Notes: generated from the sequence alone by a model not told the origin. Positions 9,150 to 17,067 are shown, counted from the first letter of the stretch. The stretch is 42,024 bases of DNA from an uncultured Bacilli bacterium (GCA_947628375.1 CANQZQ010000002.1:1-42024); one strand, 5' to 3'. Numbers and translations: made by a program.

Positions 9150-10733
9150 TTAAGACTCCTTACTTACTATTTCTTTAAGTTCTTTTTTATTAATAAAATA
9201 ATATATAATTAATAGAAAAATCCCTATGACACCAATTAAAGGTATTAATAGTAATCTACTATTTACATCTTTTATTATATCACAAGCTATTAAAGATAAA
9301 AATATCATTATAGCATAAGTTAATAATATTTTAGGTAATTTATTAGTTATAGAAGAATAATCTAAATTTATTTCTTTTTTTAAAGAAATAAATGGTATTA
9401 ATAAAGATATTATATAACCAATTAAAGTAGCTGTAATGGCTCCATAATATGGATAAATATTTAAATAATTAAATAAATACATTAAAGGTAGATCTAATAT
9501 TAAATTAATTCCTAAGCCAAGTAAAACAGAAGTATAAATTATTTTAGTTTTACCAAGTCCTTGTAAACCATTACTAATCATAATATATAGAGCATCAAAT
9601 GAGGCCACTATAATAGAATACTTAATAATTATTGGACCAAAAGAATTATTACTTCCAAAGAAGATATGCCATATTTCTTTATTAAATATACTCATAAATA
9701 TAGAAAGTGGTAAGGCTATATATAAGAAGATATTAATAGTTTTTAAAAAACTATTTTTAATGGTTTGATAATCATTTTTAGCTTTATTTTTAGAAATATT
9801 AGGTACTAAACTTAAGGCAATACCTGTGGCAATACTTGTTACTATAGTATTTATTTTAACTCCCCAAGTAGTAAAGACACTGCTAATTGCATCAATATCT
9901 TCTCCTTTTAAATGAAGATTTACTAAACCACGATTAAGTAAAATCATATCAGTAGTATTATATAAGGAATTAGCAATATTAATTATGATAAAAGGAATAG
10001 CATAGATAATCATTTTTTTAATAATAATTATTTTTTCATCCTTTTTTAAAGTATCAGTTTTTATTTTTTTATCTTTGATTTTAAATAATTTAAAGGAAAG
10101 ATAAATATATGCTGCAATAGCACCAATACATGCTCCAAAAGTAGCTATTCCAATCGCTGTTTTTAAATCAAGATTTAATATATATAAGATATAATAACTG
10201 CCACCAAGAACAACAATAATTCTTATTACTTGTTCAATAACTTGACTAAAGGCTGGAGCACTCATATAACCATGACCTTGTAAGTAGCCTCTACTTATAG
10301 ATAAAAGTGGAACAACTAAGATAGCAAATGATACCCATCTTATAACATAAGTAACATCATTAATATTAATACCTTCTAATTTATTACCTATTATTAAGGA
10401 AGCTATTTCTTTAGCAAAAATAAAACATATTAAGAAAGATATAATAGAAAATATTAAAATAATTATTTTAGTAGTTTTAAATAAATATTCTTTTTCAATT
10501 ATTTTACCTTGTTCATTATATTCACTTACTAATTTTGATATAGCAAGAGGAATACCCGCACTAGATATTATTAAAAATAAATTATAGATATTATAAGCAT
10601 AACCATATAAGGCTCCTCCAGAAGAACCAACCATATTATTAAAAGGAATAGCATAAATTATTCCTAAAAATTTACTTATAAAAATTGCAAGGACTGCAAT
10701 AATTGCACCATCTATAAATCCACTTTTTTTCAT
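9150..10733 (-). CDS. MOP-superfamily flippase (MurJ / SpoVB / YabM-like polysaccharide biosynthesis protein)
   Basis: 527 aa and polytopic. The N-terminus GAIIAVLAIFISKFLGIIYAIPFNNMVGSSGGALYGYAYNIYNLFLIISSAGIPLAISKLVSEY is typical of this family. Confidence 0.8.
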   Translation of the reverse strand: MKKSGFIDGAIIAVLAIFISKFLGIIYAIPFNNMVGSSGGALYGYAYNIYNLFLIISSAGIPLAISKLVSEYNEQGKIIEKEYLFKTTKIIILIFSIISFLICFIFAKEIASLIIGNKLEGININDVTYVIRWVSFAILVVPLLSISRGYLQGHGYMSAPAFSQVIEQVIRIIVVLGGSYYILYILNLDLKTAIGIATFGACIGAIAAYIYLSFKLFKIKDKKIKTDTLKKDEKIIIIKKMIIYAIPFIIINIANSLYNTTDMILLNRGLVNLHLKGEDIDAISSVFTTWGVKINTIVTSIATGIALSLVPNISKNKAKNDYQTIKNSFLKTINIFLYIALPLSIFMSIFNKEIWHIFFGSNNSFGPIIIKYSIIVASFDALYIMISNGLQGLGKTKIIYTSVLLGLGINLILDLPLMYLFNYLNIYPYYGAITATLIGYIISLLIPFISLKKEINLDYSSITNKLPKILLTYAIMIFLSLIACDIIKDVNSRLLLIPLIGVIGIFLLIIYYFINKKELKEIVSKES

Positions 10734-10786
10734 AAGAACACCTAAATATATTATATTTTAGTTTATTATCTATTTACAAGTATATT

Positions 10787-11017
10787 TTAATCTAATTTAC
10801 TTTTAGGATACATTTTTCTTTCATCAGTACGACATACTAAATAATCTAAACTTACATTATAAAAATCAGCTAAAATACATAATCTGTCTATTGGTATTAA
10901 TTGAATGCCTAATTCGTATTTTGAATATTGTTGTTGAGTTGTATGAAGAAGATTAGCTAATTCTTTTTGAGGGATATCTCGGTCTTCTCTAATTTCTTTT
11001 AGTCGCAATAATTTCAT
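10787..11017 (-). CDS. XRE-family HTH transcriptional regulator (76 aa), module A
   Basis: LKEIREDRDIPQKELANLLHTTQQQYSKYELG is an HTH_3 signature, and the C-terminal DYLVCRTDER tail is shared with the module B regulator. AAAGGA RBS. Divergent from 11147. Confidence 0.85.
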   Translation of the reverse strand: MKLLRLKEIREDRDIPQKELANLLHTTQQQYSKYELGIQLIPIDRLCILADFYNVSLDYLVCRTDERKMYPKSKLD

Positions 11018-11051
11018 TTTGAATCATTCCTTTAATTTATTTAATAATTTC

Positions 11052-11132
11052 ATACATCTAAAAAAATGTATTGACAATACATCTTATGAGGGGTAAAATT
11101 ATTTATATAATAATACACCTCTAAAGATGTAT
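11052..11132. promoter_or_regulatory. Operator-like ATACATCT repeats around the module A promoter
   Basis: ATACATCT occurs at 11052-11059 and 11077-11084, with its complement AGATGTAT at 11125-11132 and a variant ATACACCT at 11113-11120. ATACAT...ATGTAT (11052-11071) and ATACACCTCTAAAGATGTAT (11113-11132) are inverted repeats. Confidence 0.6.
11071..11099 (+). promoter_or_regulatory. Sigma-A-type promoter of the module A large gene
   Basis: TTGACA (11071-11076), a 17-nt spacer, then TAAAAT (11094-11099). On the other strand, TTGTCA (complement of 11072-11077), 17 nt, then TATGAA could drive the XRE gene. Confidence 0.6.
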
Positions 11133-11146
11133 AAAGGAGCATATCT

Positions 11147-12883
11147 ATGAAGAATAAAAAGAATACAATAATGTTAATAATGATAATAACAATATCTATG
11201 GTATTGTTAACCTGGAATAAGAGTTATTCATATAAAATGAATGATAATGAAGTAGAAGAAACAGAAGTAGAAAGAAAAGAATTTGGAATATATTTAGAAA
11301 AGAATCAAGGCTCAAGTAAACAAGATAATGATTATACTGAAACAAATACTTTTCCAACTCAAGGATATCTATTAAATACAACAAAAACAGAATGTTATGA
11401 ATACGGAAGTGATAATGTAATACAAAACGCAGTAGAACAAAGTTTAACAAATGGAGTAATAGATGGAACAATAATAGTAACAAGTCAAAAAAGTATGTAT
11501 TGTAAAATATATTTTGATAAAGATGATATATTACCAACAGTAACTGGATTTACAATAACAGGAAAAGATGTTAATGGAAGTGCTTTGAATAATGGTTATA
11601 CATATAATCCGGAAGTAACATATAACATAATATGGCAAGATAATGATGTAGCACAATATTGTATAAGTGAAGGAGCAAATTGTACAAATTGGCAACAAAT
11701 AGCAGGAACACAAGCAACAGGAGTAATGCCAGTATCACAAATCGATGGCGAGAAAACACTATATGTGTATTTAAAAGATAAAGCAAATAATACATCAGAA
11801 GTAAAAACAGAAAATATAATAGTAGATAGAACACCACCAGTAGTAAATACATTAACATTAACAGGAACAAAAGCGTCATGGTTTAATGTAAACCCTGGAT
11901 TCACTCACACAACAATGGTCAATTATAATGCAACTATTATAGAAGCAAATATAGAAGGATATTGTATACAAGAGGGAAGTAGTTGTAATACTTTTACACC
12001 GACATCATTATTAACTTTAAATGGGCAAGTACAAATATCTAACACAGAAACACTCCATACAGTGGTAATAAGTGTTCAAGATAAAGTCGGAAATATAGGA
12101 ATTATGACAGGAACTATTACATTAGATGCCACACCACCACAAGTAACAGTAACAGAAAAAAGTAAGACAGAGAACAGTATAACAGTTCATATAGAAGCAA
12201 CAGATACAAATGGAATACAAAGTAGGCATTGCCAATTACCAATAGAACCTTACACATGGATATTGGCAGATGCAAATGGAGATTGTACAGTAACAGGGTT
12301 ACAACCAGGGATAGCATATACGATACTTACTCATACCTATGATGGATCTGGCTTTGTCAATGAAGTAACGTCTTCATCGATATCCACAATGCAAGCTTGG
12401 ACATGTTCTAGTGGCAGTGTTCTAACACCTTCTAGTTTAGGTAGCGCGACCGGAGGATATGTTTGCGTTAAAGATGGGACAAGAGGGGACTCGTATGAAT
12501 GTGAGTGTAAATATTTAGACACGTGCAGTTCCGAGACGGTGTATCATAGTACCTACGATAAAGATTTAAGTTCGGCATTGGATGCTGAGAAGTCGTTGAC
12601 TGATAACGGGCTCGGTTCGCGAAGATGCTCTTGGTCCTCACAAAGTATGAAGGATTGTGGATCGTATTATAACTGCAGTGTCCACCGAAATGGCGATGCT
12701 GATATAATGTGCTATACAATTCAGCCTAATGGTTCGGGTTACACCTGCCGATCTGCGTACCATCCATATGAGGAAGTCTGCCGAACCTGTTATCACTATC
12801 AATGTGATGCTGACTGGCTGCAATTTTCTGGGAGTCTTGATAGTGCAAACTTAAAGTGCTATAAAGCCCCAACGAGGGGATAA
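11147..12883 (+). CDS. N-terminally anchored/secreted modular protein A: conserved head, 2 Ig-like repeats, FN3-like domain, Cys-rich C-terminal tip
   Basis: AAAGGAG RBS and hydrophobic N-terminus MKNKKNTIMLIMIITISMVLLTW. It is colinear with 25714-27909 to about aa 415. Repeats end in VDRTPP and LDATPP, each containing YCIxxGxxC. The FN3-like part contains SITVHIEATDTNGI...TVTGLQPGIAYTI. The last ~163 aa contain 14 Cys and have no counterpart in copy B. Confidence 0.8.
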   Translation: MKNKKNTIMLIMIITISMVLLTWNKSYSYKMNDNEVEETEVERKEFGIYLEKNQGSSKQDNDYTETNTFPTQGYLLNTTKTECYEYGSDNVIQNAVEQSLTNGVIDGTIIVTSQKSMYCKIYFDKDDILPTVTGFTITGKDVNGSALNNGYTYNPEVTYNIIWQDNDVAQYCISEGANCTNWQQIAGTQATGVMPVSQIDGEKTLYVYLKDKANNTSEVKTENIIVDRTPPVVNTLTLTGTKASWFNVNPGFTHTTMVNYNATIIEANIEGYCIQEGSSCNTFTPTSLLTLNGQVQISNTETLHTVVISVQDKVGNIGIMTGTITLDATPPQVTVTEKSKTENSITVHIEATDTNGIQSRHCQLPIEPYTWILADANGDCTVTGLQPGIAYTILTHTYDGSGFVNEVTSSSISTMQAWTCSSGSVLTPSSLGSATGGYVCVKDGTRGDSYECECKYLDTCSSETVYHSTYDKDLSSALDAEKSLTDNGLGSRRCSWSSQSMKDCGSYYNCSVHRNGDADIMCYTIQPNGSGYTCRSAYHPYEEVCRTCYHYQCDADWLQFSGSLDSANLKCYKAPTRG

Positions 12884-12890
12884 AGAGTTG

Positions 12891-12961
12891 ATCGAGAAGG
12901 AAAACTCGTTAAAACCTTCATAGACTTAATCCTTGGAAAGAGAGCAATCTCTTTCTTTTTT
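12891..12961 (+). repeat. Conserved 3' element of module A, including an intrinsic terminator (12936-12961)
   Basis: It differs from 27917-27986 at only 3 substitutions by my alignment. Hairpin GAAAGAGA-gcaa-TCTCTTTC plus a T-run. It begins 7 nt after the stop codon. Confidence 0.8.
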
Positions 12962-13032
12962 AATTTAACTAAAACATAAGTTTTTTTCTTGATTAATAAA
13001 TTAATCTATGATAAGCTATAGCTAGTTAGCAA

Positions 13033-13228
13033 GGAAGTTATTAAAAGAGATATTATATTATTACTAAAAGAGAGTTAATGGGTTGGTGTAAATTAATGGG
13101 TAATATAATAAATAGTATGGATAATGGAGCTAAATCAGTGAAGACTGTTATAACTAAAAGTGTATGATTAAGTTCATAAATAAAGGTGGTACCGCATTTA
13201 AAGTGTCCTTTTGTTTATGAATTTTTTT
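13033..13228 (+). promoter_or_regulatory. T-box riboswitch leader, probable Met (AUG) specifier, controlling HAD-dut-metG
   Basis: AAGGTGGTACCGC T-box core at 13183-13195. AGAGA/AGAGAG elements at 13044-13074 and a GGTGTAA distal-loop motif at 13085-13091. AUG at 13117-13119 followed by a purine in the putative specifier loop. Terminator TTCATAAAtAAAGG...CCTTTTgTTTATGAA plus T7 at 13173-13228 overlaps the T-box sequence. metG lies downstream. Confidence 0.75.
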
Positions 13229-13244
13229 ATATAATGGAGGTATC

Positions 13245-13865
13245 ATGAAAGCAATTATTTTTGATGTTGATAATACTTTAATTAAATGGAGTGATGATTA
13301 TTTATGGGCTTTAAAAAAAGTATTAAATGATATGGGATATGATAGTGAAAAATATTATAAATTAATTAATGAGGCTTTAATCATGCATAAATATAAATAC
13401 GATACTATAACTAAAGAAAATATGTTAGATATAATTAAAGAATATAGTAATTTAGATTTAAATGAAGAATTTTTAAAAAAATTTATAAATGAACAAAAAC
13501 AATTATATTATACTGATGAAGATATTACTAAAACAATAGAATATTTATATAAGAAATATGATTTATATGTTATAAGTGATTGGTTTACTGAAACTCAAGA
13601 AGGACGTTTAGAAAATATGGGAATATTAAAATATTTTAAAAAAGTATATGGAGCTGATATTAATTATTGTAAAAAAAATTTAAAGGCTTTTGATGTTATT
13701 TTAGATAAATATCCAAGTAATGAATGTGTATTTATTGGTGATAATTATGAATTAGATGTTTTAAATCCTTCATTAGTAGGTATGAATGTAATATGGGTTA
13801 CTAATAATAAAAGTACTAAATATCAAACAATTAATAATATTAAAGAATTAATGAATATATTATAA
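13245..13865 (+). CDS. HAD-superfamily hydrolase
   Basis: FDVDNTL (DxDxT) motif I, a late GDNYELD motif, 206 aa, and a GGAGG RBS. Confidence 0.75.
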   Translation: MKAIIFDVDNTLIKWSDDYLWALKKVLNDMGYDSEKYYKLINEALIMHKYKYDTITKENMLDIIKEYSNLDLNEEFLKKFINEQKQLYYTDEDITKTIEYLYKKYDLYVISDWFTETQEGRLENMGILKYFKKVYGADINYCKKNLKAFDVILDKYPSNECVFIGDNYELDVLNPSLVGMNVIWVTNNKSTKYQTINNIKELMNIL

Positions 13866-13877
13866 GGAGTAGATAAA

Positions 13878-14369
13878 ATGGATAGATATTTTGAAAAAAT
13901 AAGTTTTGAGCAATTTCAAAAAGAAATTAAAGATGATAAAGAATTATATGATGAATATATATTACCTAAAAGAAAAACTAAATATAGTGCTGGATATGAT
14001 TTTTTTGCTATTGAAGATTTTGAAATACAACCTGGAGAAAGAAAAAAAATACCTACAGGATATAGAGCTAAGTTTTTAAATGATGAAGTCTTAATGCTTT
14101 TTGTAAGAAGCAGTATGGGTTTTAAATATAATGTTAGAATGACTAATCAAGTTGGTATTATTGATGCTGATTATTTTGATAATAAAGAAACTTTTGGTCA
14201 TATGTATATTTCTTTACAAAATGAAGGAAGTAAAGTATTTAAAGTAAAAAAAGGAGAATCTTATGCTCAAGGAATATTTTTAAAATATTTAACTTGTGGT
14301 GAAGAAGTTGATAATATAAGAAATGGCTGGACTGGTAGTCCACTTAGAAAAGAGGATAATAATGAATAA
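13878..14369 (+). CDS. dut: dUTP diphosphatase (dUTPase family)
   Basis: YSAGYDFFA, VGIIDADYF and the C-terminal GWTGSP are dUTPase-type motifs; 163 aa. Confidence 0.75.
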   Translation: MDRYFEKISFEQFQKEIKDDKELYDEYILPKRKTKYSAGYDFFAIEDFEIQPGERKKIPTGYRAKFLNDEVLMLFVRSSMGFKYNVRMTNQVGIIDADYFDNKETFGHMYISLQNEGSKVFKVKKGESYAQGIFLKYLTCGEEVDNIRNGWTGSPLRKEDNNE

Positions 14370-15894
14370 GAAATTTTATATAAGTACAGCGATTGCCTAT
14401 ACAAGTGCTAAACCTCATATTGGCAATACTTATGAAATAGTTTTAGCAGATGCGATTGCGAGATTTAAAAGATTAGAAGGTTATGATGTTTATTTTCAAA
14501 CTGGTACCGATGAACATGGTGAAAAAATTGAATCTAAAGCTAAAGAAGCAGGAATTACTCCGCAAGAATATGTCGATAATATAGCTTCTGAAATTAAAAA
14601 TATTTGGGATCTAATGAATACAAGTTATGATAAATTTGTTAGAACTACCGATAAAAATCATGAAAAAACAGTGCAAGAAATCTTTAAAAAATTATATGAT
14701 CAAGGTGATATTTATAAAAGTGAATATAAAGGATTATATTGCATTCCTTGTGAATCATTTTGGACAGAGACTCAAAGTGTTGATGGCAAATGTCCTGACT
14801 GTGGAAGAGAATTAATTGAGAAATGTGAAGAAGCCTACTTTTTTAAGATGAGTAAATATTCTAAATGGTTAGAAGAATATATTGAAAATCATCCTCACTT
14901 TATTGAACCAGAATCAAGAAAAAATGAAATGTTAAATAATTTTATTAGACCAGGTTTAGAAGACTTATGTGTATCAAGAACATCTTTTAAATGGGGTATC
15001 CCTGTTACTTTTGATAATTCTCATGTTATCTATGTTTGGATTGATGCTTTATCAAATTATATTACTTTCTTAGGTTATGATGTATCTGGTAATCATAGTG
15101 CTGATTATAAAAAATATTGGCCTTGTGATGTTCATTTAATAGGAAAAGATATTTTGAGATTTCATACGATTTATTGGCCCATTATTTTACATGCTTTAGG
15201 TGAAGAGTTACCTCATCAAATATTTGGCCATCCTTGGCTTTTATTTGGCACTGATAAAATGAGTAAGAGTAAAGGCAATATTGTTTATGCTGATGATTTA
15301 GTTAAAGAATTTGGTGTTGATGCGGTAAGATATTATATGTTACACGAAATGCCTTTTGCATCTGATGGTACTTTTACAAGAGAACTTTTAATTGAAAGTA
15401 TTAATAGTAATTTAGCTAATAATTTAGGAAATCTTGTTAATAGAACTATTGGGATGGCTGAAAAATATTTTGATGGTTATATTAATAATTCAAATGTTTT
15501 AGAAAGTGTTGATAAAGACTTAAAAGAAACTGTAATTAATTTAAAAAATAAAGTTGTTGATAATATGAATAAACTTCATGTTGCTGATGCTTTAGATAAT
15601 ATTTTTGATATATTTAGAAGAGCTAATAAATATATTGATGAAACAACACCTTGGGTTTTAGCTAAAGATGAAAATACTAAAGAAAGATTACAAACCGTTT
15701 TATATAATTTAATGGAAACAATAAGATATGGTACTGTTCTTTTACAAGCTTTTCTTCCGGAAACCGCAGAAAAAATATTTAAACAAATTAATACTAAAGA
15801 AACAAGCTTTACTACTTTAAATGATTTTGGTTATTATGAAAATAATAATAAAACGGGAATTAAAGAAGTATTATTTAACCGTCTTGAGGAATAA
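14362..15894 (+). CDS. metG: Methionine--tRNA ligase
   Basis: AKPHIGNTYE (HIGH) and KMSKSKGN (KMSKS) motifs. The ATG at 14362 is preceded by an AGAGGA RBS and overlaps the dut stop by 8 nt. The track start at 14323 is a spurious upstream extension. Confidence 0.95.
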   Translation: MNKKFYISTAIAYTSAKPHIGNTYEIVLADAIARFKRLEGYDVYFQTGTDEHGEKIESKAKEAGITPQEYVDNIASEIKNIWDLMNTSYDKFVRTTDKNHEKTVQEIFKKLYDQGDIYKSEYKGLYCIPCESFWTETQSVDGKCPDCGRELIEKCEEAYFFKMSKYSKWLEEYIENHPHFIEPESRKNEMLNNFIRPGLEDLCVSRTSFKWGIPVTFDNSHVIYVWIDALSNYITFLGYDVSGNHSADYKKYWPCDVHLIGKDILRFHTIYWPIILHALGEELPHQIFGHPWLLFGTDKMSKSKGNIVYADDLVKEFGVDAVRYYMLHEMPFASDGTFTRELLIESINSNLANNLGNLVNRTIGMAEKYFDGYINNSNVLESVDKDLKETVINLKNKVVDNMNKLHVADALDNIFDIFRRANKYIDETTPWVLAKDENTKERLQTVLYNLMETIRYGTVLLQAFLPETAEKIFKQINTKETSFTTLNDFGYYENNNKTGIKEVLFNRLEE

Positions 15895-15895
15895 T

Positions 15896-16645
15896 ATGTT
15901 TACTGATACTCATTGTCATATTTATAGAGAATATTATAATAATATTGAAGAAATTATTAACTTAGCGAAAGAAAAAGGCGTTAATAGATTTATTAATAAT
16001 GGTTGTGATACTTTATCAAATAAAGAAGTTTTAAAACTTACTCAAGAATATAAAGAAATGTATGGTGCCATTGGTATTCATCCCGAAAACGTCTTAGAAT
16101 ATAGTGAAGATGATTTAAAATTTATTGAAGATAATCTTTATAATAATAAAATAATTGCTATTGGGGAAATAGGCCTTGATTATCACTATACTAAAGAGAA
16201 TAAAGATGAACAAATAACTTTATTTGAAAAACAATTATCTTTAGCAGAAAAATATCAAATACCTGTTATTATTCATAGTAGAGATGCAACATTAGATACT
16301 ATTAATACTTTAAAAAAATACCATGTTAAAGGCGTTATTCATTCTTTTTCTGGTTCTAAAGAAACAGCCAGTGAATATATTAAAATGGGTTTTTTACTTG
16401 GTATAAATGGGGTAATAACTTTTAAAAATGCTAATTTAAAAGATGTTTATAAAGATATAAGTTTAGATAATATTATATTAGAAACAGATTCTCCTTATTT
16501 AACTCCTGAACCCTACCGAGGAAGCCAAAATAATTCTAGTCATATTATAGAAATTGCTAATTTTGTTGCCGATTTATATCACATAAAATTAGAAGAACTT
16601 GCTAAAATAACAAACGAAAATATATATAAACTTTTTAAAATTTAG
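15896..16645 (+). CDS. tatD: TatD-family metal-dependent DNase/hydrolase
   Basis: MFTDTHCHI start, IGEIGLDY, VIIHSRDA, ETDSPYLTP. The ATG at 15896 lies just after the metG stop; the track start at 15821 overlaps metG and is unlikely. Position matches Bacillus yabD. Confidence 0.9.
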   Translation: MFTDTHCHIYREYYNNIEEIINLAKEKGVNRFINNGCDTLSNKEVLKLTQEYKEMYGAIGIHPENVLEYSEDDLKFIEDNLYNNKIIAIGEIGLDYHYTKENKDEQITLFEKQLSLAEKYQIPVIIHSRDATLDTINTLKKYHVKGVIHSFSGSKETASEYIKMGFLLGINGVITFKNANLKDVYKDISLDNIILETDSPYLTPEPYRGSQNNSSHIIEIANFVADLYHIKLEELAKITNENIYKLFKI

Positions 16646-16668
16646 ATAAATTATATTATGGAGATTAA

Positions 16669-17067
16669 ATGAAAATAAAAAAAGATATTGTTAACACTGT
16701 AATAATATTAACGGCCATAAGTATTACTTTAACATTTATAAAAAAATTAGATAAAAAAACAGAAATTACTAACCCTTGGGAAATAAAGAAAGAAAATTCT
16801 ATAGAAAATGAACAGCCGTTAAATAAAGAAATTTATACCGAAGATGAATTTATAGAATTATTAAATACAAATGATGCCAAAATAATTTATGAAAAAGATA
16901 AAGATAGATATTTTGTTAATACCCATGTCCCAATTTTAGATAATTTCATCTCTCCTGAAGGTTTTCTATTATATCAAGAATATTTATATGTTCAAGAAGA
17001 ACCAAATAAAGGCTTTTATGCTGTTAATAATTATTTATCAATACGTCCTAATAGTAAAGGAAGATAA
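16669..17067 (+). CDS. Hypothetical membrane-anchored protein (132 aa)
   Basis: GGAG RBS and one N-terminal TM helix; no recognisable motif. Confidence 0.5.
   Translation: MKIKKDIVNTVIILTAISITLTFIKKLDKKTEITNPWEIKKENSIENEQPLNKEIYTEDEFIELLNTNDAKIIYEKDKDRYFVNTHVPILDNFISPEGFLLYQEYLYVQEEPNKGFYAVNNYLSIRPNSKGR

Noticed and set aside
11147-11230. Type IV prepilin / pseudopilin leader on the module proteins
   Set aside because: There is no G-(F/Y)-T-L-x-E cleavage/methylation motif. The N-terminus looks like a plain signal anchor or a SPase I signal.
11196-12317. Five overlapping minus-strand ORFs (60-113 aa) inside module A's large gene
   Set aside because: Their translations are low-complexity Leu/Phe/Tyr-rich. 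They exist only because the + strand is so T-poor that the complement lacks stop codons. The + strand ORF has an RBS, a signal anchor and a conserved paralog.
12337-12823. Three minus-strand ORFs (61-83 aa) in the GC-rich tip of gene A
   Set aside because: Higher GC reduces random stop codons. These ORFs have no RBS and overlap a continuous + strand ORF.
12335-12883. Diversity-generating retroelement variable region as the explanation for the GC-rich gene ends
   Set aside because: I found no template-repeat copy of either tip and no reverse transcriptase gene in the window. The GC-rich stretch in A (~550 nt) is also longer than typical variable regions. An RT elsewhere in the genome cannot be excluded.
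13118-13120. UGG (Trp) as the T-box specifier codon
   Set aside because: It is one nt out of register with AUG and structurally possible. However, the UGGU acceptor-pairing bulge predicts discriminator A73, and the regulated synthetase is metG.
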